From assembly GCA_046563655.1 (NCBI GenBank), contig CM102283.1, forward strand, positions 4,464,001-4,528,000: a DNA stretch of 64,000 nt, read 5' to 3'. Numbering within the stretch: position 1 is the stretch's first letter; each line of letters starts with the position of its first letter. The translations under genes and the position numbers were made by a program. This stretch comes from Yuukianura sp. NJ FZ-2021 (taxonomy: Eukaryota). Below are positions 1-15,000 of the stretch, one piece after another. The notes under the pieces are model-generated. The model was not told the DNA's origin, did no database searches, and saw only the letters and a list, made by a program, of their open reading frames with translations.

Positions 1-3000
1 TTTTAAGTTGAAATTAGATATGCTTTGGAACAGCTATTTTATTAAAACCCGCTTGCATTTGGACAAAGAGTAAAGCGGATTCTTTTCCCAAATTTCTGAG
101 TGCGACCACTAAATTCTAAGGCTATACAGACACATCTCATTCCATTCTAACGCTATTATACAATGGTGTTTGATATGCCGCCTTTTAGTTTAGGAATAGT
201 TTCGCTTGTGTTTTAAGTTTAAATTAGATATGCTTTGGAACAGCTATTTTATTAAAACCCGCTTGCATTTGGACAAAGAGTAAAGCGGATTTTTTTCAAA
301 ATTTCTGAGTGCGACCACTAAATTCTAAGGCTATACAGACACATCTCATTCCATTCTAACGCTATTATACAATGGTGTTTGATATGCCGCCTTTTAGTTT
401 AGGAACAGTTTCGCCTGTGTTTTAAGTTGAAATTAGATATGCTTTGGAACAGCTATTTTATTAAAACCCGCTTGCATTTGGACAAAGAGTAAAGCGGATT
501 TTTTTTCAAAATTTCTGAGTGCGACCACTAAATTCTAAGGCTATACAGACACATCTCATTCCATTCTAACGGTATTGTACAATGGTGTTTGATATGCCGC
601 CTTCTATTTTAGGAATAGTTTCGCTTGTGTTTTAAGTTGAAATTAGATATGCTTTGGAACAGCTATTTTATTAAAACCCGCTTGCATTTGGACAAAGAGT
701 AAAGCGGATTTTTCCCCAAAATTTCTGAGTGCGACCACTAAATTCTAAGGCTATACAGACACATCTCATTCCATTCTAACGCTATTATACAATGGTGTTT
801 GATATGCCGCCTTTTAGTTTAGGAATAGTTTCGCTTGTGTTTTAAGTTTAAATTAGATATGCTTTGGAACAGCTATTTTATTAAAACCCGCTTGCATTTG
901 GACAAAGAGTAAAGCGGATTCTTTTCCCAAATTTCTGAGTGCGACCACTAAATTCTAAGGCTATACAGACACATCTCATTCCATTCTAACGCTATTATAC
1001 AATGGTGTTTGATATGCCGCCTTTTAGTTTAGGAACAGTTTCGCCTGTGTTTTAAGTTGAAATTATATATGCTTTGGAACAGCTATTTTATTAAAACCCG
1101 CTTGCATTTGGACAAAGAGTAAAGCGGATTTTTTTTTTCAAAATTTCTGAGTGCGACCACTAAATTCTAAGGCTATACAGACACATCTAAGTCCATTCTA
1201 ACGCTATTTTACAATGGTGTTTGATATGCCGCCTTTTAGTTTAGGAACAGTTTCGCCTGTGTTTTAAGTTGAAATTAGATATGCTTTGGAACAGCTATTT
1301 TATTAAAACCCGCTTGCATTTGGACAAAGAGTAAAGCGGATTTTTTTCAAAATTTCTGAGTGCGACCACTAAATTCTAAGGCTATACAGACACATCTCAT
1401 TCCATTCTAACGCTATTATACAATGGTGTTTGATATGCCGCCTTCTATTTTAGGAACAGCTTCGCCTGTGTTTTAAGTTGAAATTAGATATGCTTTGGAA
1501 CAGCTATTTTATTAAAATCCGCTTGCATTTGGACAAAGAGTAAAGCGGATTTTTTTTTTCAAAATTTCTGAGTGCGACCACTAGATTCTAAGGCTATACA
1601 GACACATCTAAGTCCATTCTAACGGTATTGTACAATGGTGTTTGATATGCCGCCTTCTATTTTAGGAATAGTTTCGCTTGTGTTTTAAGTTAAAATTAGA
1701 TATGCTTTGGAACAGGCTATTTTATTAAAACCCGCTTGCTTTTGGACAAAGAGTAAAGCGGATTGTTTTCCCAAATTTCTGAGTGCGACCACTAAATTCT
1801 AAGGCTATACAGACACATCTCATTCCATTCTAACGCTATTATACAATGGTGTTTGATATGCCGCCTTTTAGTTTAGGAACAGTTTCGCCTGTGTTTTAAG
1901 TTGAAATGAGATATGCTTTGGAACAGCTATTTTATTAAAACCCGCTTGCATTTGGACAAAGAGTAAAGCGGATTCTTTTCCCAAATTTCTGAGTGCGACC
2001 ACTAGATTCTAAGGCTATACAGACACATCTCATTCCATTCTAACGCTATTATACAATGGTGTTTGATATGCCGCCTTTTAGTTTAGGAACAGTTTCGCCT
2101 GTGTTTTAAGTTGAAATTAGATATGCTTTGGAAAAGCTATTTTATTAAAACCCGCTTGCATTTGGACAAAGAGTAAAGCGGATTTTTTCCCAAAATTTCT
2201 GAGTGCGACCACTAAATTCTAAGGCTATACAGACACATCTCATTCCATTCTAACGCTATTATACAATGGTGTTTGATATGCCGCCTTCTATTTTAGGAAC
2301 AGCTTCGCCTGTGTTTTAAGTTGAAATTAGATATGCTTTGGAACAGCTATTTTATTAAAACCCGCTTGCATTTGGACAAAGAGTAAAGCGGATTTTTTTC
2401 TCAAAATTTCTGAGTGCGACCACTAGATTCTAAGGCTATACAGACACATCTAAGTCCATTCTAACGGTATTGTACAATGGTGTTTGATATGCCGCCTTCT
2501 ATTTTAGGAATAGTTTCGCTTGTGTTTTAAGTTGAAATTAGATATGCTTTGGAACAGCTATTTTATTAAAACCCGCTTGCATTTGGACAAAGAGTAAAGC
2601 GGATTTTTTTTTTCAAAATTTCTGAGTGCGACCACTAAATTCTAAGGCTATACAGACACATCTCATTCCATTCTAACGCTATTATACAATGGTGTTTGAT
2701 ATGCCGCCTTTTAGTTTAGGAACAGTTTCGCCTGTGTTTTAAGTTGAAATGAGATATGCTTTGGAACAGCTATTTTATTAAAACCCGCTTGCATTTGGAC
2801 AAAGAGTAAAGCGGATTGTTTTCCCAAATTTCTGAGTGCGACCACTAGATTCTAAGGCTATACAGACACATCTAAGTCCATTCTAACGCTATTATACAAT
2901 GGTGTTTGATATGCCGCCTTTTAGTTTAGGAACAGTTTCGCCTGTGTTTTAAGTTGAAATTAGATATGCTTTGGAACGGCTATTTTATTAAAACCCGCTT

Positions 3001-6000
3001 GCATTTGGACAAAGAGTAAAGCGGATTTTTTTCCAAAATTTCTGAGTGCGACCACTAAATTCTAAGGCTATACAGACACATCTCATTCCATTCTAACGCT
3101 ATTATACAATGGTGTTTGATATGCCGCCTTTTAGTTTAGGAACAGTTTCGCCTGTGTTTTAAGTTGAAATTAGATATGCTTTGGAACAGCTATTTTATTA
3201 AAACCCGCTTGCATTTGGACAAAGAGTAAAGCGGATTTTTTTCAAAATTTCTGAGTGCGACCACTAGATTCTAAGGCTATACAGACACATCTCATTCCAT
3301 TCTAACGCTATTATACAATGGTGTTTGATATGCCGCCTTTTAGTTTAGGAACAGTTTCGCCTGTGTTTTAAGTTGAAATTAGATATGCTTTGGAAAAGCT
3401 ATTTTATTAAAACCCGCTTGCATTTGGACAAAGAGTAAAGCGGATTTTTTCCCAAAATTTCTGAGTGCGACCACTAAATTCTAAGGCTATACAGACACAT
3501 CTCATTCCATTCTAACGCTATTATACAATGGTGTTTGATATGCCGCCTTCTATTTTAGGAATAGTTTCGCCTGTGTTTTAAGTTGAAGTTAGATATGCTT
3601 TGGAACAGCTATTTTATTAAAACCCGCTTGCATTTGGACAAAGAGTAAAGCGGATTTTTTTTTCAAAATTTCTGAGTGCGACCACTAGATTCTAAGGCTA
3701 TACAGACACATCTAAGTCCATTCTAACGGTATTGTACAATGGTGTTTGATATGCCGCCTTCTATTTTAGGAATAGTTTCGCTTGTGTTTTAAGTTGAAAT
3801 TAGATATGCTTTGGAACAGCTATTTTATTAAAACCCGCTTGCATTTGGACAAAGAGTAAAGCGGATTTTTTTTTCAAAATTTCTGAGTGCGACCACTAAA
3901 TTCTAAGGCTATACAGACACATCTCATTCCATTCTAACGCTATTATACAATGGTGTTTGATATGCCGCCTTTTAGTTTAGGAACAGTTTCGCCTGTGTTT
4001 TAAGTTGAAATTAGATATGCTTTGGAACAGCTATTTTATTAAAACCCGCTTGCATTTGGACAAAGAGTAAAGCGGATTTTTTTCCAAAATTTCTGAGTGC
4101 GACCACTAGATTCTAAGGCTATACAGACACATCTCATTCCATTCTAACGCTATTATACAATGGTGTTTGATATGTCGCCTTTTAGTTTAGGAACAGTTTC
4201 GCCTGTGTTTTAAGTTGAAATTAGATATGCTTTGGAACAGCTATTTTATTAAAACCCGCTTGCATTTGGACAAAGAGTAAAGCGGATTTTTTCCAAAATT
4301 TCTGAGTGCGACCACTAAATTCTAAGGCTATACAGACACATCTCATTCCATTCTAACGCTATTATACAATGGTGTTTGATATGCCGCCTTCTATTTTAGG
4401 AACAGCTTCGCCTGTGTTTTAAGTTGAAATTAGATATGCTTTGGAACAGCTATTTTATTAAAACCCGCTTGCATTTGGACAAAGAGTAAAGCGGATTTTT
4501 TTTTCAAAATTTCTGAGTGCGACCACTAGATTCTAAGGCTATACAGACACATCTAAGTCCATTCTAACGGTATTGTACAATGGTGTTTGATATGCCGCCT
4601 TCTATTTTAGGAATAGTTTCGCCTGTGTTTTAAGTTGAAGTTAGATATGCTTTGGAACAGCTATTTTATTAAAACCCGCTTGCATTTGGACAAAGAGTAA
4701 AGCGGATTTTTTTTTCAAAATTTCTGAGTGCGACCACTAAATTCTAAGGCTATACAGACACATCTCATTCCATTCTAACGCTATTATACAATGGTGTTTG
4801 ATATGCCGCCTTTTAGTTTAGGAATAGTTTCGCTTGTGTTTTAAGTTTAAATTAGATATGCTTTGGAACAGCTATTTTATTAAAACCCGCTTGCATTTGG
4901 ACAAAGAGTAAAGCGGATTTTTTTTTCAAAATTTCTGAGTGCGACCACTAGATTCTAAGGCTATACAGACACATCTAAGTCCATTCTAACGCTATTATAC
5001 AATGGTGTTTGATATGCCGCCTTTTAGTTTAGGAACAGTTTCGCCTGTGTTTTAAGTTGAAATTAGATATGCTTTGGAACGGCTATTTTATTAAAACCCG
5101 CTTGCATTTGGACAAAGAGTAAAGCGGATTTTTTTTTTCAAAATTTCTGAGTGCGACCACTAGATTCTAAGGCTATACAGACACATCTAAGTCCATTCTA
5201 ACGGTATTGTACAATGGTGTTTGATATGCCGCCTTCTATTTTAGGAATAGTTTCGCCTGTGTTTTAAGTTGAAGTTAGATATGCTTTGGAACAGCTATTT
5301 TATTAAAACCCGCTTGCATTTGGACAAAGAGTAAAGCGGATTTTTTTTTCAAAATTTCTGAGTGCGACCACTAGATTCTAAGGCTATACAGACACATCTA
5401 AGTCCATTCTAACGGTATTGTACAATGGTGTTTGATATGCCGCCTTCTATTTTAGGAATAGTTTCGCTTGTGTTTTAAGTTGAAATTAGATATGCTTTGG
5501 AACAGCTATTTTATTAAAACCCGCTTGCATTTGGACAAAGAGTAAAGCGGATTTTTTTCAAAATTTCTGAGTGCGACCACTAAATTCTAAGGCTATACAG
5601 ACACATCTCATTCCATTCTAACGCTATTATACAATGGTGTTTGATATGCCGCCTTCTATTTTAGGAACAGTTTCGCCTGTGTTTTAAGTTGAAATTAGAT
5701 ATGCTTTGGAACAGCTATTTTATTAAAACCCGCTTGCATTTGGACAAAGAGTAAAGCGGATTTTTTTCAAAATTTCTGAGTGCGACCACTAGATTCTAAG
5801 GCTATACAGACACATCTCATTCCATTCTAACGCTATTATACAATGGTGTTTGATATGCCGCCTTTTAGTTTAGGAACAGTTTCGCCTGTGTTTTAAGTTG
5901 AAATTAGATATGCTTTGGAACGGCTATTTTATTAAAACCCGCTTGCATTTGGACAAAGAGTAAAGCGGATTTTTTTCCAAAATTTCTGAGTGCGACCACT

Positions 6001-9000
6001 AAATTCTAAGGCTATACAGACACATCTCATTCCATTCTAACGCTATTATACAATGGTGTTTGATATGCCGCCTTCTATTTTAGGAACAGCTTCGCCTGTG
6101 TTTTAAGTTGAAATGAGATATGCTTTGGAACAGCTATTTTATTAAAACCCGCTTGCATTTGGACAAAGAGTAAAGCGGATTTTTTTCCAAAATTTCTGAG
6201 TGCGACCACTAGATTCTAAGGCTATACAGACACATCTAAGTCCATTCTAACGGTATTGTACAATGGTGTTTGATATGCCGCCTTTTAGTTTAGGAACAGT
6301 TTCGCCTGTGTTTTAAGTTGAAATTAGATATGCTTTGGAACAGCTATTTTATTAAAACCCGCTTGCATTTGGACAAAGAGTAAAGCGGATTTTTTTTTCA
6401 AAATTTCTGAGTGCGACCACTAAATTCTAAGGCTATACAGACACATCTCATTCCATTCTAACGCTATTATACAATGGTGTTTGATATGCCGCCTTCTATT
6501 TTAGGAACAGCTTCGCCTGTGTTTTAAGTTGAAATTAGATATGCTTTGGAACAGCTATTTTATTAAAACCCGCTTGCATTTGGACAAAGAGTAAAGCGGA
6601 TTTTTTTTTCAAAATTTCTGAGTGCGACCACTAGATTCTAAGGCTATACAGACACATCTAAGTCCATTCTAACGGTATTGTACAATGGTGTTTGATATGC
6701 CGCCTTCTATTTTAGGAATAGTTTCGCCTGTGTTTTAAGTTGAAGTTAGATATGCTTTGGAACAGCTATTTTATTAAAACCCGCTTGCATTTGGACAAAG
6801 AGTAAAGCGGATTTTTTTTTCAAAATTTCTGAGTGCGACCACTAGATTCTAAGGCTATACAGACACATCTCATTCCATTCTAACGCTATTATACAATGGT
6901 GTTTGATATGCCGCCTTTTAGTTTAGGAACAGTTTCGCCTGTGTTTTAAGTTGAAATTAGATATGCTTTGGAACGGCTATTTTATTAAAACCCGCTTGCA
7001 TTTGGACAAAGAGTAAAGCGGATTTTTTTTTCAAAATTTCTGAGTGCGACCACTAGATTCTAAGGCTATACAGACACATCTCATTCCATTCTAACGCTAT
7101 TATATAATGGTGTTTGATATGCCGCCTTCTATTTTAGGAACAGTTTCGCCTGTGTTTTAAGTTGAAATTAGATATGCTTTGGAACAGCTATTTTATTAAA
7201 ACCCGCTTGCATTTGGACAAAGAGTAAAGCGGATTTTTTTTTCAAAATTTCTGAGTGCGACCACTAGATTCTAAGGCTATACAGACACATCTAATTCCAT
7301 TCTAACGGTATTATACAATGGTGTTTGATATGCCGCCTTCTATTTTAGGAACAGTTTCGCCTGTGTTTTAAGTTGAAATTAGATATGCTTTGGAACAGCT
7401 ATTTTATTAAAACCCGCTTGCATTTGGACAAAGAGTAAAGCGGATTTTTTTCAAAATTTCTGAGTGCGACCACTAGATTCTAAGGCTATACAGACACATC
7501 TAAGTCCATTCTAACGGTATTGTACAATGGTGTTTGATATGCCGCCTTCTATTTTAGGAATAGTTTCGCCTGTGTTTTAAGTTGAAGTTAGATATGCTTT
7601 GGAACAGCTATTTTATTAAAACCCGCTTGCATTTGGACAAAGAGTAAAGCGGATTTTTTTTTCAAAATTTCTGAGTGCGACCACTAGATTCTAAGGCTAT
7701 ACAGACACATCTAAGTCCATTCTAACGCTATTATACAATGGTGTTTGATATGCCGCCTTTTAGTTTAGGAACAGTTTCGCCTGTGTTTTAAGTTGAAATT
7801 AGATATGCTTTGGAACGGCTATTTTATTAAAACCCGCTTGCATTTGGACAAAGAGTAAAGCGGATTTTTTTTTTCAAAATTTCTGAGTGCGACCACTAGA
7901 TTCTAAGGCTATACAGACACATCTAAGTCCATTCTAACGGTATTGTACAATGGTGTTTGATATGCCGCCTTCTATTTTAGGAATAGTTTCGCTTGTGTTT
8001 TAAGTTGAAATTAGATATGCTTTGGAACAGCTATTTTATTAAAACCCGCTTGCATTTGGACAAAGAGTAAAGCGGATTTTTTTTTCAAAATTTCTGAGTG
8101 CGACCACTAGATTCTAAGGCTATACAGACACATCTAAGTCCATTCTAACGGTATTGTACAATGGTGTTTGATATGCCGCCTTCTATTTTAGGAATAGTTT
8201 CGCTTGTGTTTTAAGTTGAAATTAGATATGCTTTGGAACAGCTATTTTATTAAAACCCGCTTGCATTTGGACAAAGAGTAAAGCGGATTTTTTTCAAAAT
8301 TTCTGAGTGCGACCACTAAATTCTAAGGCTATACAGACACATCTCATTCCATTCTAACGCTATTATACAATGGTGTTTGATATGCCGCCTTTTAGTTTAG
8401 GAATAGTTTCGCTTGTGTTTTAAGTTGAAATTAGATATGCTTTGGAACAGCTATTTTATTAAAACCCGCTTGCATTTGGACAAAGAGTAAAGCGGATTTT
8501 TTTTCAAAATTTCTGAGTGCGACCACTAGATTCTAAGGCTATACAGACACATCTCATTCCATTCTAACGCTATTATACAATGGTGTTTGATATGCCGCCT
8601 TTTAGTTTAGGAACAGTTTCGCCTGTGTTTTAAGTTGAAATTAGATATGCTTTGGAACAGCTATTTTATTAAAACCCGCTTGCATTTGGACAAAGAGTAA
8701 AGCGGATTTTTTTTTTCAAAATTTCTGAGTGCGACCACTAGATTCTAAGGCTATACAGACACATCTCATTCCATTCTAACGCTATTATACAATGGTGTTT
8801 GATATGCCGCCTTCTATTTTAGGAACAGTTTCGCCTGTGTTTTAAGTTGAAATTAGATATGCTTTGGAACAGCTATTTTATTAAAACCCGCTTGCATTTG
8901 GACAAAGAGTAAAGCGGATTTTTTTTTTCAAAATTTCTGAGTGCGACCACTAGATTCTAAGGCTATACAGACACATCTAAGTCCATTCTAACGGTATTGT

Positions 9001-12000
9001 ACAATGGTGTTTGATATGCCGCCTTCTATTTTAGGAACAGTTTCGCCTGTGTTTTAAGTTGAAATGAGATATGCTTTGAAACAGCTGTTTTATTAAAACC
9101 CGCTTGCATTTGGACAAAGAGTAAAGCGGATTTTTTTTTCAAAATTTCTGAGTGCGACCACTAAATTCTAAGGCTATACAGACACATCTCATTCCATTCT
9201 AACGCTATTATACAATGGTGTTTGATATGCCGCCTTTTAGTTTAGGAACAGTTTCGCCTGTGTTTTAAGTTGAAATTAGATATGCTTTGGAACAGCTATT
9301 TTATTAAAACCCGCTTGCATTTGGACAAAGAGTAAAGCGGATTTTTTTTCAAAATTTCTGAGTGCGACCACTAAATTCTAAGGCTATACAGACACATCTC
9401 ATTCCATTCTAACGCTATTATACAATGGTGTTTGATATGCCGCCTTTTAGTTTAGGAATAGTTTCGCTTGTGTTTTAAGTTTAAATTAGATATGCTTTGG
9501 AACAGCTATTTTATTAAAACCCGCTTGCATTTGGACAAAGAGTAAAGCGGATTTTTTTTTCAAAATTTCTGAGTGCGACCACTAGATTCTAAGGCTATAC
9601 AGACACATCTAAGTCCATTCTAACGGTATTGTACAATGGTGTTTGATATGCCGCTTTTTAGTTTAGGAACAGTTTCGCCTGTGTTTTAAGTTGAAATTAT
9701 ATATGCTTTGGAAAAGCTATTTTATTAAAACCCGCTTGCATTTGGACAAAGAGTAAAGCGGATTTTTTCCCAAAATTTCTGAGTGCGACCACTAGATTCT
9801 AAGGCTATACAGACACATCTAAGTCCATTCTAACGGTATTGTACAATGGTGTTTGATATGCCGCCTTCTATTTTAGGAATAGTTTCGCTTGTGTTTTAAG
9901 TTGAAATTAGATATGCTTTGGAACAGCTATTTTATTAAAACCCGCTTGCATTTGGACAAAGAGTAAAGCGGATTTTTTTCAAAATTTCTGAGTGCGACCA
10001 CTAAATTCTAAGGCTATACAGACACATCTCATTCCATTCTAACGCTATTATACAATGGTGTTTGATATGCCGCCTTTTAGTTTAGGAACAGTTTCGCCTG
10101 TGTTTTAAGTTGAAATTATATATGCTTTGGAACAGCTATTTTATTAAAACCCGCTTGCATTTGGACAAAGAGTAAAGCGGATTTTTTTCCAAAATTTCTG
10201 AGTGCGACCACTAGATTCTAAGGCTATACAGACACATCTCATTCCATTCTAACGCTATTATACAATGGTGTTTGATATGCCGCCTTTTAGTTTAGGAACA
10301 GTTTCGCCTGTGTTTTAAGTTGAAATTAGATATGCTTTGGAACGGCTATTTTATTAAAACCCGCTTGCATTTGGACAAAGAGTAAAGCGGATTTTTCCCC
10401 AAAATTTCTGAGTGCGACCACTAAATTCTAAGGCTATACAGACACATCTCATTCCATTCTAACGCTATTATACAATGGTGTTTGATATGCCGCCTTCTAT
10501 TTTAGGAACAGCTTCGCCTGTGTTTTAAGTTGAAATGAGATATGCTTTGGAACAGCTATTTTATTAAAACCCGCTTGCATTTGGACAAAGAGTAAAGCGG
10601 ATTTTTTCCCAAAATTTCTGAGTGCGACCACTAGATTCTAAGGCTATACAGACACATCTAAGTCCATTCTAACGGTATTGTACAATGGTGTCTAATATGC
10701 CGCCTTTTAGTTTACGAACAGTTTCGCCTGTGTTTTAAGTTGAAATTAGATATGCTTTGGAACAGCTATTTTATTAAAACCCGCTTGCATTTGGACAAAG
10801 AGTAAAGCGGATTTTTTTTCAAAATTTCTGAGTGCGACCACTAGATTCTAAGGCTATACAGACACATCTCATTCCATTCTAACGGTATTGTACAATGGTG
10901 TTTGATATGCCGCCTTCTATTTTAGGAACTGTTTCGCCTGTGTTTTAAGTTGAAATTAGATATGCTTTGGAACAGCTATTTTATTAAAACCCGCTTGCAT
11001 TTGGACAAAGAGTAAAGCGGATTTTTTTTTTCAAAATTTCTGAGTGCGACCACTAGATTCTAAGGCTATACAGACACATCTCATTCCATTCTAACGCTAT
11101 TATACAATGGTGTTTGATATGCCGCCTTTTAGTTTAGGAACAGTTTCGCCTGTGTTTTAAGTTGAAATTAGATATGCTTTGGAACAGCTATTTTATTAAA
11201 ACCCGCTTGCATTTGGACAAAGAGTAAAGCGGATTTTTTCCCAAAATTTCTGAGTGCGACCACTAAATTCTAAGGCTATACAGACATATCTCATTCCATT
11301 CTAACGGTATTGTACAATGGTGTTTGATATGCCGCCTTCTATTTTAGGAACAGCTTCGCCTGTGTTTTAAGTTGAAATTAGATATGCTTTGGAACAGCTA
11401 TTTTATTAAAACCCGCTTGCATTTGGACAAAGAGTAAAGCGGATTTTTTTTTCAAAATTTCTGAGTGCGACCACTAGATTCTAAGGCTATACAGACACAT
11501 CTAAGTCCATTCTAACGGTATTGTACAATGGTGTTTGATATGCCGCCTTCTATTTTAGGAATAGTTTCGCCTGTGTTTTAAGTTGAAGTTAGATATGCTT
11601 TGGAACAGCTATTTTATTAAAACCCGCTTGCATTTGGACAAAGAGTAAAGCGGATTTTTTTTTCAAAATTTCTGAGTGCGACCACTAGATTCTAAGGCTA
11701 TACAGACACATCTAAGTCCATTCTAACGGTATTGTACAATGGTGTTTGATATGCCGCCTTCTATTTTAGGAATAGTTTCGCTTGTGTTTTAAGTTGAAAT
11801 TAGATATGCTTTGGAACAGCTATTTTATTAAAACCCGCTTGCATTTGGACAAAGAGTAAAGCGGATTTTTTTTTCAAAATTTCTGAGTGCGACCACTAGA
11901 TTCTAAGGCTATACAGACACATCTAAGTCCATTCTAACGCTATTATACAATGGTGTTTGATATGCCGCCTTTTAGTTTAGGAACAGTTTCGCCTGTGTTT

Positions 12001-15000
12001 TAAGTTGAAATTAGATATGCTTTGGAACGGCTATTTTATTAAAACCCGCTTGCATTTGGACAAAGAGTAAAGCGGATTTTTTTCCAAAATTTCTGAGTGC
12101 GACCACTAGATTCTAAGGCTATACAGACACATCTCATTCCATTCTAACGCTATTATATAATGGTGTTTGATATGCCGCCTTCTATTTTAGGAACAGTTTC
12201 GCCTGTGTTTTAAGTTGAAATTATATATGCTTTGGAACAGCTATTTTATTAAAACCCGCTTGCATTTGGACAAAGAGTAAAGCGGATTTTTTCCCAAAAT
12301 TTCTGAGTGCGACCACTAGATTCTAAGGCTATACAGACACATCTAAGTCCATTCTAACGGTATTGTACAATGGTGTCTAATATGCCGCCTTTTAGTTTAG
12401 GAACAGTTTCGCCTGTGTTTTAAGTTGAAATTAGATATGCTTTGGAACAGCTATTTTATTAAAACCCGCTTGCATTTGGACAAAGAGTAAAGCGGATTTT
12501 TTTTTTCAAAATTTCTGAGTGCGACCACTAAATTCTAAGGCTATACAGACACATCTCATTCCATTCTAACGGTATTGTACAATGGTGTTTGATATGCCGC
12601 CTTCTATTTTAGGAATAGTTTCGCCTGTGTTTTAAGTTGAAGTTAGATATGCTTTGGAACAGCTATTTTATTAAAACCCGCTTGCATTTGGACAAAGAGT
12701 AAAGCGGATTTTTTCCCAAAATTTCTGAGTGCGACCACTAGATTCTAAGGCTATACAGACACATCTAAGTCCATTCTAACGGTATTGTACAATGGTGTTT
12801 GATATGCCGCCTTCTATTTTAGGAATAGTTTCGCTTGTGTTTTAAGTTGAAATTAGATATGCTTTGGAACAGCTATTTTATTAAAACCCGCTTGCATTTG
12901 GACAAAGAGTAAAGCGGATTTTTTTTTCAAAATTTCTGAGTGCGACCACTAGATTCTAAGGCTATACAGACACATCTAAGTCCATTCTAACGGTATTGTA
13001 CAATGGTGTTTGATATGCCGCTTTTTAGTTTAGGAACAGTTTCGCCTGTGTTTTAAGTTGAAATTATATATGCTTTGGAACAGCTATTTTATTAAAACCC
13101 GCTTGCATTTGGACAAAGAGTAAAGCGGATTTTTTTTCAAAATTTCTGAGTGCGACCACTAAATTCTAAGGCTATACAGACACATCTCATTCCATTCTAA
13201 CGGTATTGTACAATGGTGTTTGATATGCCGCCTTTTAGTTTAGGAACAGTTTCGCCTGTGTTTTAAGTTGAAATTAGATATGCTTTGGAACAGCTATTTT
13301 ATTAAAACCCGCTTGCATTTGGACAAAGAGTAAAGCGGATTTTTTTTTCAAAATTTCTGAGTGCGACCACTAGATTCTAAGGCTATACAGACACATCTAA
13401 GTCCATTCTAACGGTATTGTACAATGGTGTTTGATATGCCGCTTTTTAGTTTAGGAACAGTTTCGCCTGTGTTTTAAGTTGAAATTATATATGCTTTGGA
13501 ACAGCTATTTTATTAAAACCCGCTTGCATTTGGACAAAGAGTAAAGCGGATTGTTTTTCAAAATTTCTGAGTGCGACCACTAGATTCTAAGGCTATACAG
13601 ACACATCTAAGTCCATTCTAACGGTATTGTACAATGGTGTTTGATATGCCGCCTTCTATTTTAGGAATAGTTTCGCCTGTGTTTTAAGTTGAAATTAGAT
13701 ATGCTTTGGAACAGCTATTTTATTAAAACCCGCTTGCATTTGGACAAAGAGTAAAGCGGATTTTTTTCCAAAATTTCTGAGTGCGACCACTAGATTCTAA
13801 GGCTATACAGACACATCTAAGTCCATTCTAACGGTATTGTACAATGGTGTTTGATATGCCGCCTTCTATTTTAGGAATAGTTTCGCTTGTGTTTTAAGTT
13901 GAAATTAGATATGCTTTGGAACAGCTATTTTATTAAAACCCGCTTGCATTTGGACAAAGAGTAAAGCGGATTTTTTTCAAAATTTCTGAGTGCGACCACT
14001 AGATTCTAAGGCTATACAGACACATCTAAGTCCATTCTAACGGTATTGTACAATGGTGTTTGATATGCCGCCTTCTATTTTAGGAATAGTTTCGCCTGTG
14101 TTTTAAGTTGAAATTAGATATGCTTTGGAACAGCTATTTTATTAAAACCCGCTTGCATTTGGACAAAGAGTAAAGCGGATTTTTTTCCAAAATTTCTGAG
14201 TGCGACCACTAGATTCTAAGGCTATACAGACACATCTCATTCCATTCTAACGCTATTATACAATGGTGTTTGATATGCCGCCTTTTAGTTTAGGAACAGT
14301 TTCGCCTGTGTTTTAAGTTGAAATTATATATGCTTTGGAACAGCTATTTTATTAAAACCCGCTTGCATTTGGACAAAGAGTAAAGCGGATTTTTTTTTTC
14401 AAAATTTCTGAGTGCGACCACTAGATTCTAAGGCTATACAGACACATCTCATTCCATTCTAACGGTATTGTACAATGGTGTTTGATATGCCGCCTTCTAT
14501 TTTAGGAATAGTTTCGCCTGTGTTTTAAGTTGAAGTTAGATATGCTTTGGAACAGCTATTTTATTAAAACCCGCTTGCATTTGGACAAAGAGTAAAGCGG
14601 ATTTTTTTCCAAAATTTCTGAGTGCGACCACTAGATTCTAAGGCTATACAGACACATCTAAGTCCATTCTAACGGTATTGTACAATGGTGTTTGATATGC
14701 CGCCTTCTATTTTAGGAATAGTTTCGCCTGTGTTTTAAGTTGAAGTTAGATATGCTTTGGAACAGCTATTTTATTAAAACCCGCTTGCATTTGGACAAAG
14801 AGTAAAGCGGATTTTTTTTTCAAAATTTCTGAGTGCGACCACTAGATTCTAAGGCTATACAGACACATCTAAGTCCATTCTAACGGTATTATACAATGGT
14901 GTTTGATATGCCGCCTTCTATTTTAGGAACAGCTTCGCCTGTGTTTTAAGTTGAAATTAGATATGCTTTGGAACAGCTATTTTATTAAAACCCGCTTGCA

